In this document: in pieces, positions 40,301 through 54,470 of the stretch
Layout: each line of letters opens with the position of its first letter
How positions within the stretch are numbered: position 1 is the stretch's first letter
Position numbers and translations under genes: made by a program
Assembly: GCF_000181795.1 (NCBI RefSeq)
Contig: NW_003526948.1
Span: 269,006 to 333,005 of the forward strand
Source: Trichinella spiralis
Lineage: Eukaryota
DNA length: 64,000 bases
Direction: 5' to 3'
The notes under the pieces: generated by a model
The model's input: only the letters and a program-made list of their open reading frames with translations
Told to the model about the DNA's origin: nothing
The model's database searches: none

Positions 40301-42964
40301 TCTAGGCCTGCACTGACAGCACATGAATAAATAAATTTAAAAAAATGAATCACAACATTCATAAAATGTACTCTTCATAGTTCATTATAAGAATATATAA
40401 GAATTAGCTCTTCGAAAGCATTATTTATTTCATAAACATCAGCTTATGCCTTGGTTTATTGCATTTCCGAAAGAACAAGCAAAACAACATTCAACTGATG
40501 AAGATATATATATATGCATCGCTAATAAGCATCAGATTTTTCCATTGTAAAATTTTGGTTCTTAAAATTTCATATTAATTACTGAACTACTTTATGAGTA
40601 TGTATTGCAAATAGATAATATTCTAAATTAATAAAGTGTACAAGAATGTTCAACTCGGTAATAATAGCGTTTCCCTTAGCCCAGTTTAATGGATTGCAGC
40701 TGCAGAAAATTCTTCAACTACCCTCCAATGCGCTATTCTTCTAAAAAATCTAGAACGAGAAGCCAGAATCCAAACTGAATGAGTGAAACAATTTTGAAAG
40801 CTCATATCTCACTTTTAATGCGTACATTAATGCAAATAGAGACTGCATTAGTGGCAAACTCAGAGTTGTCTGAATATTTTTTTCACAACTAAAAGCGGCT
40901 TTATCATTATATCAATATTCTTATTTTCTTTAAAACGAAAAATAGTTGATTTTTTCTCAAAAGGGTGGTTTTCTACATAAAAAAAACTTCTGCTAATTTT
41001 AAACTTGTCGTACAAAATCCAAAAATTTTGGAAGAAGACAAGAAGAAACTTTCTTCCAGATTGACTGAAAATATTGCAATGCTTAATCATTTTGTCCGAA
41101 TAACACGTAAGAAGAACATTTACGCAAATTTTCCAAATTTCGTCTTAAATACTGGCTCTGAACCTAGTTCACTCATTCTAGAACAATATCAGTCAGAACA
41201 ATATTCACCCTGTTTTATTGTTTTTTTTGCGCTGAACTGTGGATTGACTTAAATATTTTTAACATTCTGCATAAAGTGAACACAACTTCAATTTTAAATC
41301 AACTTCAATTTTAACTTTTTAATGGCCAGAAAAAATTGTTACAGTGAGTGAGCAGAATTCAGTGATTACTTTCAAATTTATATAAATTATTAAATATCCT
41401 ACTTTTCATATATGTTATACTGTATCAATGGTTGTTTTGATTTTTAGGAATAAGTTTTTGATAGTTGTTCTTTATTTTGTTGAAATCATAAATAACAATA
41501 AGTTAATTTAATTCCACATGAATTTTCATTTTTTCATCTATTATGCATTTATTAATTGTTCAATCATTAATAGGGAGATGATATTTCACCTGATTGTACG
41601 TGTAACTTAAAAATGAAATTTCCCAACTTTTAAACTATTGTCATTTCAAGCAAATACTTTTAAGCAGACAGTGGCATTAAATTTACATAACAATCTTAAG
41701 CATTTGTTTGTCTCAGCTAAACAGCGTGACTTGCATACTTACCACTAAAAATCGTGTAAAATGAAACAGATTTTTTTTCTTGTTTTCATTAATTTTTTTA
41801 CAGTTATAATAATTATATTTTGAATTATAAGAGCAATCTTATTAAAGCTTACGTTTATAAATAAATATTTAAATTTATCTCTGCAGTTTACTGAAACGAC
41901 AGCCAGAATATATTAATTTTGTTCATGTAAATTTACTATGTAAAGTGTTGATTTAAATTTTTTGAATAATTTATTAATTTTTGAATTATTTACAATAAAA
42001 TCAATTAATTTATGCATAAAATAGTTGTTGATTTTTTTTGAAAATACTGATGCAGTTATGAACATTGTTGCAGTCGTGAAATTAAAAAAAAAGTTTTTTA
42101 ACAATAATATTTAATAATAACGAGTAAGTTGCTTACAAATTAAAATTAATATCAAATTTCAGTTATATTTTTGCAATAATTTATCATGTAATATTATTAA
42201 TATTATTATTGTAACCTTTGTTCATTAATGAAAATACTGTAATGGAATAATGTTCATATTATCTAGTTCAGTTGATGATTTTATCAGTTTGCTTTTATTA
42301 TTAACGTTGCTTTATAGTATGATCTACTTTTCATCTTGAGCGCAGTACGGCTGCCGTTTATGTGAAAGGGAAAATTTCCTGCGAGCATGCAATCAGCTTT
42401 TCATCGATTTTCGATTACGTCCTTTTGCTAGTTTCATTCCTGAGCAAAATTCATCTCCAAGTTCTACATCTTCTACGTTGGTAATAAGGCGTTATATTTT
42501 AATTAATAAAATTATAATTTTTAAAAATTATTAAAAATGTAATCTTAATTTCTGTGAACAATAGTTGTTTTTTGTTTTCCTTTTTTCTAACATATTTATC
42601 TGCTGATGGCACAAAGCGGCGTACGTTTTTGCATTCATAAAATGCCATCGGTTAGCCATTAGTCAATATGAATCAGTCGATTTGTTTATTTTCACTTTGT
42701 CGATGTGCAGTTGAACTTTTGAAAGCGTTGTTGTCTGGTTATTTATTATAGTAAATCTTATTATTTTTAAGTGATCATTTTCATTGTTTTGATCAGTGGA
42801 AATTCAATTGAAAATTGTATTCATTTTGTTGTCATATTTATAAGAAATTTGCTTATTGTCATTTTGAAATTATTTACCGTTTAACCATCTACTTATCGGC
42901 TTTAGGTGTTAATTTTTTTTCGCATTATCACCCTTGTGAAAATAACTGTTTCTGTATTGCAGAA

Positions 42965-45900
42965 ATGAGTGGTTCAGGTTTTGACAATGTGCTGGAGCTT
43001 CAGACCAGCTGTGATGCGGACAGCTCAGGCAAGGTTGGTAACGCAGAAGGAACTGGTGACTCTAAACATGAAAGAAAAAAAATTGGACATCGTCGGGTTG
43101 ACCTTGAAACTGGTGAAGTCACATACAAGAAGGTATTTGAAATTGAATATCTCGTTATTTTGCTTTCATTATTGGTAAATTGAAATTTAAGGTACCTACA
43201 ACGCAAATTATGGGTGCTATACAGCTGGGCATTGCGAATTCCATAGGATCTTTAGTAAGAGAACCCGAGCGTGATGTTCTTTTACAAGATTTTGAATACG
43301 TTGAGCAAGTCTACTTTCCAAGGTAGAGCTGTTTTTTAATTTATTCATTGCCATTTGAAGATTTGCACGTTATTTCAGTGCTGGCACGCATGTAACCCCG
43401 TCGCATCCTTACAGCGATTTTCGTTTTAAAACCTATGCACCGATTGCCTTTCGCTATTTTAGAGAATTATTTAATATTAAACCCGAAGATTTTATGGTAT
43501 TTACTTTGTGGTATTGTGTTAATCATCACTCAGATTGGAAAATTATTTTTCAGGCATCCCTTTGTGGAGTTCCACTTCGGGAACTTTCTAATCCAGGCGC
43601 CAGTGGAAGCATATTTTACATATCGAGTGATGATAAATTTATCGTGAAAACAGTGCAGCACAGAGAAGCTGAATTTTTGCAAAAACTTTTGCCAGGCTAT
43701 TATATGGTATTTATTTACAAAGATTTTGTTAGTATATTAAAAAAAAATTTCATTTTAGAATTTGAATCAGAATCCAAAAACTTTGCTGCCGAAGTTCTTT
43801 GGTTTTTACTGTTTTCAGGTATTAGGCAGAGATTTAGTTGACGTAAACTTTCATTGCATGTTTTACTATCTAGTCCTTAGGGAAGAATGTTCGCTTAGTG
43901 GTTATGAACAATCTTCTCCCGTCTACAATTAAACTACACCTAAAATACGATCTAAAAGGATCTACTTATAAACGACGTGCCAGCAGATATGAGAGAACGA
44001 AATTAACCCCAACGTTGAAAGATTTAGATTTCTTAGATAGCGCTTCTCCTATATCGCTTGATGTTAACACATACGACGCCTTGATGAAAACAATAAGCCG
44101 AGATTGCCTTGTAAGTTGGTAGCGTATTTATTATATTTTTTTTGTATTGTGGTTGAAATGCTTTCTTTTGACAGGTTCGAACAATTATTGAATAGTTTTC
44201 TAGGATTTAAAATATTGAAGAACTTTTTCCAGTAATCCAACAGTGGTTCAAATTTAGTTTTAAATGTTTATTCTTTATTGCATATCGTTTATTGAAGAGG
44301 AGGCATTATTCAGGATACTGTAAATGATTTTCATGTTCAGTAGATTTGAATTAATTTGATTTACATTTTATGTTTTTCCAAAGTATAGTTTGTATTTATT
44401 TATGCTTTGGCAGGCACCTCTTTTTCAGCATCAGCATGTGCTGCGATAAGTAAGACAAGAAGGCATGCAGTCAGAATTTCCATCAATTTAAGCTTACATT
44501 CCGCAAGCTGGTTTTATCTAGCTTGTCAGTGTATTTTGTCGTTTCAAAATTAACGAACACTGTTAAAGTACTTTATATTTTAATTATTTTTTTATTTTAT
44601 TTTATTTTCAACTGTTGTTTTTGATGAGTATATTTTAAAATGTTGGTTATTGCTTAACACCTTGCAAAAGTGTATTCAAGCTTATGCCAATTTTAAATTT
44701 ATGTTGTTACTTCTATTTCATGATGGTATTTCTTTTTCAATTTATGCATTACAGGTTTTGAAAAGTTTTAAAATTATGGATTACAGTTTATTGATGGGTA
44801 TCCATAATATTGATCAATCGTTAAGAGATAAAGGGGTAAATGAACTAGTAGTACTGATGATATGCAGTTAATTTTAAAATGCTTAATTTTTTTAGGTTGA
44901 TGTCCCATCTAGCCAGGTTGAATCCAATACAGACGAGTCACAATCTTATAGCAACAAATTCATAGAGCCAAGTAATTTTATGGTCATTTAAATTGCAAGT
45001 TTACGTGAATTGTGAGCTTATTTTGAAAAAGAATTCTTTTGAAAGTTGAAATGTTTAAATAAGAGAATCTGTTGAAAGCATTGTTGATTAAATTAATAAA
45101 AATTGGTTTAATTAAACTTTTTTTAGGGGAACGGAGGGTCGTTCGTCAGAAAACGGTATTCAGTACTTGGGAATCCATACAGGCAGACACTGTACCGGTT
45201 GATTTGGGTGATGAATATCCGTAAGAAGTTTTTTCTATATTGAACAAACAGTTCAATTCGTGTGATAATTTGAATTTTGTCTTTTTTGCAGTGCGGGAGG
45301 AATATTCGGTTTGAATGCAAAAGGCGATCGTGTGTTGATATTTTTAGGCATAATTGATATTTTGCAGAATTATCGTTTATTTAAAAAAATAGAGCATTCG
45401 TGGAAAAGTCTAATGCACGATGGTGTACGTGAATATTTGTCGTGCTTGTTATTTGGTGAATGTATATTTATGTATATCGATCGATTTTAGGATTCAATAT
45501 CTGTGCATCATCCAAACTTTTATGCTAATCGTTTCAAAGATTTCATGGCCAACAATGTTTTCAAACGTGATACGTTTCGTATGTGTTTTGGGAAAATTTT
45601 GCAAAGTCAGAATAGAATAAACCTTAATTAGAATAGGAATTTTTATTTAGCTGTGAAGCATTCTTCATCGAAGAAAAAAATGCAAAAGAAGAGTACAAAC
45701 GTCATTGCAGAGGATAGTCAGCAAACACTTCATTACGGACATGTTTCACCGTCTGCCTTTGCATCCGAGTCAAGTAGAGAGCAATGGGGTTGTAATATTT
45801 TAAAGCACTCTGATATGATTAAATTCAATTTAGCTTCCAAGCCAGACATTGTGCCAACGTTACTTGAAGCCTCATTTTCTGAAGATAAATCGGCATTCGA

Positions 45901-46111
45901 TGTCGATAGATCAATATCTGAATTGCCATCGTTGTCCAAAGATGATTCTTCAGAATGGTATGCAAACACGCAGATGTAGAGCTGATTGATTGATTGTTTT
46001 ATTTTCTTAAATTTTTAAAATAATATTTTTTTTGATTTCAGTTCTTTACGAGAAATTAGGAAAAGAGAACTCGACAGACTGTTTGCAGCTGATAGCAAAA
46101 ACACCCGTTGA
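42965..46111 (+). CDS. PIP5K1: Type I phosphatidylinositol-4-phosphate 5-kinase (ppk-1 / PIP5K1-like)
   Basis: Motifs: [87 protein letters not shown]. Exons: 42965-43132, 43192-43322, 43379-43496, 43554-43706, 43759-43818, 43874-44110, 44755-44835, 44896-44971, 45127-45220, 45292-45424, 45491-45578, 45651-45957, 46042-46111. The tail exons are less certain. Confidence 0.96.
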
Positions 46112-48547
46112 CCAACTGCAACTACTACTACTATTGACCTATTCTCATAAAACGACCCGACTGTTGGTTACACTGTTATTATCATCATCATGATTATTAT
46201 TTTTTTATTTTTTAAAGTGAAACCATTGCCATGTTTTACAGCATCATTGTTTTAATTATTGAAAAGAAAAATTTTTTTATCTTTTGACAAATTATGTAGA
46301 ATGAGGAGAAATTGCATATGTTGCTTGTTTTTATCAGTCGGTTACTTTGTGCTTTTCTGTGCAAGTTGAACATTCCTCGTCACTGCGGTCGTATAAATTG
46401 CTATTTTCTTGTTATCCCATATGCTATCCAGTAAATAAATATTGCTGCAATGCAGAAATTGAGTTGATCGATATGGATTGATCAATGTGTTGCACGTATT
46501 TCTTTCTAGATGTTTGTACACGTTTGTATTACGTAATTGCGGTTGGCGATGTAGGATTTCGATCAGTAAGTTTGAATAATTATTTACTGGTCAGCTGTTG
46601 TGCCTATATACATTTGAATGAATATTATAAGTAATGCTTATTTTTCATAAATAATAATAATAATTATTATTATTGCCGTTGCCCCTGTTGTTGTTGTTGT
46701 TGTTGTTTTCACTTAAGCATGAACATTGATTTTCAGATGATTTATTTCAATTGAGCGCGTTCAAGAGCGTTGTTATTGGAAGTGAAGCTGGCAGAAATGA
46801 ATTTACATGCTACTTTTCATTTGGGAGTTTTTCCAAAGTGAATTAATTGATGACATTTTGCAAATTTGCCATCATTATTTCAGGTTGATCAATCCCCTTT
46901 GCATTGCAATGTTGATACTACGTTTTGCATTGACTCACCGAATGACTGACATTTTTGCCAATTGCCTTGAATAATTCACTTCCGGTAAGAGGAAATTGTG
47001 CTTTGTTTTTGCTTCTTTCCCCTCAGCACGCCATCTCAGTGGATTGCTGTTTGAGAAAGTTGAGCTTCTTTCTACTGATGTTATGAAAAATTCAAAGCTA
47101 TCTTCAGCTGTTCCTAATTTTGCATTATTGAATTCATACAGCAGTTCTGAAGATTTATTTTTTTTAATTTTATCACTTTAAACTCTTTTTATTTTTTTAA
47201 TCTCGCTACTTTGCAAAATAATTGAAAAGGTAATTTTGTCAAGCAGGCTTGTGTTTGCTTGTATACACATCTGTTCTATTAAACAGCAAAATGGGAAATT
47301 TTTATTGTGCATTATTATGAGAGATTACTCTTTATTGTTAAACTTGTATGATGCTTTCAATTTGGATGATTCATTTGTAAACGTAAAAATTTGCTGATCA
47401 TTTCAATTTTGCATACACAATGACGACGATATTTGTCAAATTCCGTTGTCAGCAGTTGCAAATGGCCCGCTTGAGTTTTGCGAATTTTAAAATTTAATTC
47501 GATTCTATTTCATTATTATCTGTTTTTTTTAATTTTTCCTATTATTTTTTCGAATTTTACCAGTAGCAGTGCGATAAATTTATTCCACAGTCATCGTAGA
47601 GATTCGATGACGGATGATTTGTCATTTGAAATTCGATATGAAAAACTAATATGGTAGTGTAATTGAATTTTTTTTCAATTTAAAAGCAATTTTTTACATT
47701 GTTAATTATTTTACACACCGCTGAGCGATTTTATTACCGAAGCTGGCATGATCGTGGATGATGATGATACGATTTCAGCTATTCCGACTTGATGATGAAC
47801 ATTTTAAGTTTTTGCTTTTATTTGTGCAAAAGTTTTGCAGAAAACGATCGACATCTAACTATTCATATGAAATTTTCAAGTTGCAGTTGCATTTCTTTCT
47901 ATTTTTTTGGGATTTGAAATTTGAAACTGTAAAGCAGTTGTTCTTTTTATCAAATTTTAAACAAGAATTACCTTTAAACAGCAATATTGAAAAAGTAAAC
48001 GAACAGTTATTAATTTAAAAAAATACATTTATTAATAAAATGAATATTCTGAAAAACAATACCAAAAAGACGATAAATTTTAAAAGTCTATTAATTTCAC
48101 TTCATTCAAATTTGATCTGCATACATTTTGCATATTCTACGTTGAAAATTGTGGTTAAATATTTAAAAAAATAAAAAACAGTTCAGTTTGTTTCTAATTT
48201 AACAATTTTGCACGTTTCAGTTGGGCAAAATGAAGATGGAACGTCATAATTTTGTTCAGCGCTCGACTGAATATTTTTAAAAGTAAATTCTAAAACTGTT
48301 ATGCTTTTATAATTGTAAAAATGAAAAAAATCATTTTTCAATTCGCCACTAAATTGCATAATTTGATAAAAATGAACTGATAACTATTGAGGTACAGTAA
48401 GAATACTGAAAAGCATGTTTGATTTTTTTTTGCTTCAAAAGTACAGTATGAAAATAGTAAATTGTCCGCAACTGTTGGTAGTGGTTTTTGCTGAAATTTC
48501 TGGTTTTTGTTGTTTTGCTTTGTTTTAAAATTGTAAAAAATAAAAAA

Positions 48548-50125
48548 ATGATGGAAGAAAGGGAAATGGAGATTGAGGATCCGGTTTACATGTCACCGAC
48601 CACGGAAAAGATGATTTTTAACCAAGAAGCTGACGAAGAAGAAAGCGCAGTGTTACGGGGTGTGGCGAGTTGGGAGCGAAGCTCGCAGGGGCAAGCGTCG
48701 TTTGGTGTTGGCGTGATGATTCTGGTGAGCACGATCGTCGGAAGTGGGATATTCGTCGCCCCGAAGGGCGTGTATGAGAATGCCGGCAGTGTGGGCTTGT
48801 CGTTGATTATCTGGGCGCTGAGCGGTGCGTTCAGTGCCGTCGGCGCTTACTGTTACGCCGAACTATGCACACTGATCAGACACAGTAGCGGCGACTACGC
48901 TTACGCGTTTGCTGCGTTCGGTGGCTGGGTCGGCTTTTTGCGACTCTGGGCCGAGGTAATTCTCATCCGTCCCTGCACCATTGCCGTCGTAGCGATGACG
49001 TTGGCCATTTACACATTGAAGCCAATTTTTCCGGATGTCAACTGCGATCCTCTGAATCCAGCGGCTCAGCTAATAGCCGCCGTTTGCATCTTGTTGCTGA
49101 CGGCATTGAACAGTTTCAGTGCTCGCTGGATAACTCACCTGCAGAACACATTCAACATGGCCAAGCTGATCGCGTTGGCGTTGATTATCATCACTGGAAT
49201 AGTTCGACTGTTCGACGTGGACCACAAAGAAGGGAATCCTCAACAACGGGCAATCGCGTTGCGTCATCTCTGGCTCGGAACTAGCACCGACGTCAGCAAG
49301 ATCGCTCTGGCGTTTTATTCAAGTTTGTGGGCGTTCAGCGGTTGGAACCATGTGATGAACTTCATCAGCAAAGAACTGGAAGAGCCGGCAAAAAAGTTAC
49401 CAATCGTCATCGCGGTCAGTCTGGCCCTGTGCACCGCGGTCTACTTGATCACCAATGTCATTTTATACGCCAGCTTGTCTGTTGATGAAATTCTCGGAAG
49501 CCCTGCCATAGCGGCCGTTTTCGCCAATCGCTATTACAATAGCATGGCTTGGATGTTGTCCATATTCGTCACTTTGTCCTGTTTCGATGCGCTGAACGGT
49601 ATCTTGCTAACTACATCTAGATTGTTTCTGATGGCAGCACGTCAAAACCACATGCCCGAACTGTTGTCCATGACCAACTTGTACAGACGGACACCGATGC
49701 CGGCGGTCATTTTGACCGGCCTGTTGAGCTTGTTCTATTTGGCATTCAGCAGCAACATCTACACACTGATCAACTATGTGCAATTTGCCAACTGGGTAGC
49801 CATTGCGACGGTCACTTTAGCCTTGTTGAAGCTACGGCGAACCATGCCGCAGCGTACATACCGCAGACCGTTGGTGGTCAATTTGATTTTTCCGGTAGTT
49901 CTTCTGATTGGTTGCATATTTTTGCTCATATTCCCGTTGGCCCAGCAACCTATTGACGCGGCAATCTCTCTGGCAATCATGCTCACCGGCTTGCCAGTCT
50001 ATGCTTTCTTCTTCACATACTTATCGAAACAATCGAAACCGGCATCCATGCTCAACTTCATTCAACAATCTAAATTGTTTTTGCAAAAATTGCTCTTAGT
50101 CACTAAAGTTGAACGACGTATTTAA
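48548..50125 (+). CDS. SLC7 / L-type amino acid transporter light chain (LAT/y+LAT, aat family), intronless
   Basis: Single ORF with ~12 hydrophobic segments. Motifs: TIVGSGIFVAPKGV, GAYCYAEL, GDYAY, FPDVNCDP (heavy-chain disulfide Cys position), AFSGWN, TSRLF, TPMPA. The first ATG is at 48548. An AATAAA lies at ~50320. Confidence 0.93.
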   Translation: MMEEREMEIEDPVYMSPTTEKMIFNQEADEEESAVLRGVASWERSSQGQASFGVGVMILVSTIVGSGIFVAPKGVYENAGSVGLSLIIWALSGAFSAVGAYCYAELCTLIRHSSGDYAYAFAAFGGWVGFLRLWAEVILIRPCTIAVVAMTLAIYTLKPIFPDVNCDPLNPAAQLIAAVCILLLTALNSFSARWITHLQNTFNMAKLIALALIIITGIVRLFDVDHKEGNPQQRAIALRHLWLGTSTDVSKIALAFYSSLWAFSGWNHVMNFISKELEEPAKKLPIVIAVSLALCTAVYLITNVILYASLSVDEILGSPAIAAVFANRYYNSMAWMLSIFVTLSCFDALNGILLTTSRLFLMAARQNHMPELLSMTNLYRRTPMPAVILTGLLSLFYLAFSSNIYTLINYVQFANWVAIATVTLALLKLRRTMPQRTYRRPLVVNLIFPVVLLIGCIFLLIFPLAQQPIDAAISLAIMLTGLPVYAFFFTYLSKQSKPASMLNFIQQSKLFLQKLLLVTKVERRI

Positions 50126-52385
50126 AATAGCAATCAATCTCAGCATATTTTTTTTCTATTTTAATTTTCAATTATTCAGCTTATCATTCTTCTATTATTC
50201 ATTACCATTGTCAATTTCATACGGATGCGCACGGTTTAGAACATTCTCTAAACTTAAATTTCACTACTGCCATTCCAGGAAGCAAAAACATAAAAAAGCA
50301 AAACAAATTCCACATTGTCAATAAAGCATTTTATTTTTTTTGTTTACGATTTAGCTCGCTTGAAAATCAACACTCACATTTGTCCGGCTTTTGGTCACCA
50401 ACCCCCAAAGCGCAGCTGCCGGCTTAAAACCGTTCACGCGTTGCTGCTTCTCTTCTCTTAGCCCCTAAAGCATTGCAACTGGATTTCATTGGCAACACAC
50501 ATACTTTTGCTAAATATAATGCAAATTTTCCATCACTAAACACAAGTAAGCTATTGTTGAATTTCAATTTCTTCCCATTCTGCAAGCTTGAACAGCAGCA
50601 ATACAAGCGTTGTTTATTATTGTGTACCGTTTGATTAGCAGAAACTGGATTTGCATTTTGCTCTTTGCGACTAGCAGTAAATAAGTAAATAAATAAATTG
50701 TTATTTCAACATTGAACAAAAGTTTCTTTCTTATGAAATTTTTTTTATCGCTTCTAATTGTTATTTGGTATTTTTTTAATAATAAATATTGTGTTTGCTC
50801 AATCACTAGAACAATAAATGAAAAAGTTGCAAAATAATTTCAATATTTATTCAATTGCTCTTGCTGTTGCTGCTTTGTTTTTTCTTTTTTTATTAAAAAA
50901 GGCTTTTGGAATGAATTTATTTACTATTATAGTAAAGCAAAACAAAATTGCTTGATTGATGACTTATCAGACGTCACAGCTTACTTGCAATGTTAGCTGT
51001 TGCAAACAACTGTTGTTCTCACAATAACGCCTTTCATATGCATGAATGACAAATTGCTACAAAAAACTTTATGTCATAGCTCCTTCTTATAGCAGTGTCA
51101 CATTTAACTTATGATTAATCGGTATTTGTAATATCATTCAGATCACTTTGAGTTGGTTCTGTTTTCCAATCTGTTAACAGGTATATTTGTTGTTGTAGGT
51201 ATATTGCACATGAAAAGCACAGCACTAAGCGACTTAGATACAAGTTTGAGCACGTAAGTACAAACACAAGTTTGATGTGAAGCTAAAGTGTTGCAGTTTG
51301 ATGTTAAAATTTGTGTAAAAAATATTTTTTACATGTTTACTGTTGTAAAATGAAAAAAATATTTTTGATGAAAGTAGATAAAATAAACTTTCCTCGTATT
51401 GAACTTTTTAGAACAAATGTCAGTTTAAATTTAAATTTTCATTTGGAACAACTGATTTGAAAAGTAAATGTGAGTTGAAAAGAAAATTTAACGTTGTTTT
51501 TCTTCATTTTCTTTCTTCGGCTGATGATCATCATTACAGTAATGATGCATTGTCATTGAGTGCATCCATACGCTTGCAAACCAGTGTTAAAAGTATCATA
51601 TTTGCTGCAGATGTTAGCGATGCTTGTTTTTATATTTTTTTAGAAGAAAAATAATAGCATGAATTGAATATTGCACCAATGCAGGCAGGATGTGGAACGT
51701 GGTCAGTCTGATAAACAGGATATTGAGATTAAAGTTCAATTTAAAAACTGCCACTTTATTTGATCAACGCATAAAAAATGTACTTCACATCAGTATCAAA
51801 AGCAACATCAGTCAAGGGAAGTTTGGATTATTAAATTTCATTGAATGGAAGCAACTTTATAATTCTCTTCTCCCCTTACATATTTCAAAAGCTTTCATTC
51901 TTCAATAGTTTTCAGCTTCGAACTTTTAACTTCCTTGAAATGAACTTTTTTCCTCTGCTTTTGAACAGAAACGCGCTATATTTTTTTTAAATCGCCTTGA
52001 ATTAAACAAAAAATAGTTTTTCTATAACGTTCAAAATCAACAGTTGCTGGTTGGAAAAAAGAAAGAAATGGTTTATTCGCTTTTTCATTATACATAGTGA
52101 AACATTAATATTTTGTTAAGAAAAATTATTTTTCCTTAATATAAAAAAAATTCAACCGCTTTCATTGGATTAATTTAATTTTATTTTTAGTGCAATATAT
52201 TTGAATAAAAATAAAATTTGGAATACTCGCAAAAATACAGTAAGAAAAATTTGAAATAGTTTAACCTGTAGATCATTAATCAAGCTTGACAGTACAATAC
52301 TTTTGTACAAGGTAGCAATTTTGTACAGGTAACTATGATTCAGTGATTTGCTTGTGTGCCTTATTTACGCAATTTCTCCGGTCCG

Positions 52386-53393
52386 ATGGAGTACAGCAAT
52401 TTGGATGAAAAGCACGCAATGCGTGTTCAATTAACGAAGCTGATCGAAGACTGGAATGCCAGCCGGCTTGACTTGTTCGCTCTTTGTGAACCGAATGAAG
52501 TAAGCATTGCATTTGTTGTTTTTGTTCGTAAATTAAAATTAGCTTTGAATTGCGCAAGGATGTTTGTGTGTGTGAAATTTTGTTTAAATTTATGGTGATC
52601 TTTTTTTGCTCATATTGATATTTTACGGAAGATTTCACACGTAAAATGCAGTTTGCATGACTGCTTGAGTTATAGGCAGTTTCAGAATTGTTGGAAAATG
52701 ATAAATGCAGTGTGTTATTTTTGTGCGAGTTGAAAATTTTGTTTGTTATTTATAAGTAGAAGAATTAGAAGCTAATGTTGTTTATGTTTGAGTTTGCTTG
52801 AATGTTGAGAATTTTGCTGATTCAGCGTCGGTCGCTTTGTGTAATTTTCTACACGCGCTCGTGAGTGTTTTCTTTAAGAGCACTTGACCGCGCCTACTCG
52901 ACTTGCTTTGTAACGCATACCAATCAATTTATTTCTTTTCTGATGGTGATTCAGGTTTTATATGTATATTTATTTTTTTTCTTCGTTTAATTGTTTGCAA
53001 TTTTTAAGTCAACTTAGAAAACACTTGGGTAGGTGTAAAGAAACAAGATTAAGAAATAAAATTTTCAATTTTGTCGATGATTCACTGAAGAATAGCTACT
53101 TTTCATGCTGACCATCTGTTTGCTTAACATTTGACGGACGTACGTTTGTGAAAATTGCTCGTGCAAAGCAGAAGATGAATAAGAAAAGTTCAGCTTTTCT
53201 TGATGCAACTTTTGTTATCAGAAGCAAAGTGCACTGCTAACATCAGTTGCATTTATTTGAATCAGCTTGCTGTCAACCAGTGTTTGCCTACAGGCAAGCT
53301 GCTTTTGATGAAATATTTTCTTTTTGCAAACAGACAGCGTAATTTGACTGTATCATCCGACAATTTTGCCAATAATTTTGATTTTCTTTTCAC

Positions 53394-53460
<67 letters not shown>

Positions 53461-54411
53461 TAATGCTTTGAAAATAATCAAAAAATTAAAACTGTCTGCT
53501 TGAATTTTTTCACTTATAAAATTATGATCAAATGCGTCGATGAAAATTTTGTAAATTTCGCTACAGAAAGGATGGAGAAAAATTTGTGTCGCTTGTATTG
53601 CACTTCTTTGCACTGTTACAATCCAAATGTGACCTTCAAACATGTCTGCTATGACCTTCTTAGTATCATGATGGGCATTGAAGTGAAAAACATTGTCTGC
53701 ATTGTAAAAAAATAAAATAACAGAATTCATTTGAAGAAAAAAGTTTCATGAAATCAGTTTATGAAAAATGAAAATTCAGTTTTACTGACCAACAATTTGA
53801 TAATGCAATTATGATTATTTCACTAATCAATGGCAATGCATTTTTTCAATTCACTATTATAAATACGTACATGTGCGTGTGTGTGCATGTAATAATTAAC
53901 GTGTCGTGTTGTTAACCGAAAAGAAAATTTTCTGCGAACTACTTTTTGTCTGACATTTTTGTGTATAGAGGCAATTATTTAACAATTAAATTTCTAATGA
54001 AGATTTTTTTCCAGACTTCTCCAAAAGGATTCTCCATCATTTTGCATAATCTAGTTGTAATTTTTTTGAACCTTCCTTAATAAAAGTCTGAACTAGAAGA
54101 GCCATTTTTAAAATTGTTCATAATTTTTTTTAATTTTACAACAGGCTATTTGTTCTGACGATGCATTTTTATAAATTATTATTATAAGAATTGTAATTTT
54201 TTCTACACTTGCAGCTGATTGCATTTTGGATTTCAATTTTGATTTGCGCTTTCGATCTGAATTACATTTTTGATTTTGACATTATCTTATTTTACTATTA
54301 TAATTATGAATGTTTGTTGAAACTTTGTCTAAGCTTACTGTTGTTATGATGTGGATAAGTGGACAATGTTCAACTTTGCAATTGAACAATGAACATCGAA
54401 GTATTGATTCG

Positions 54412-54470
<59 letters not shown>

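Noticed and set aside
48488..48547. Apparent signal peptide MLKFLVFVVLLCF on the LAT ORF
   Set aside because: It arises from a TTG start in T-rich upstream sequence. The first ATG is at 48548, and LAT light chains lack signal peptides.
53353..53730. 125-aa ORF with poly-T/poly-N
   Set aside because: Microsatellite-derived and intronic in afadin.
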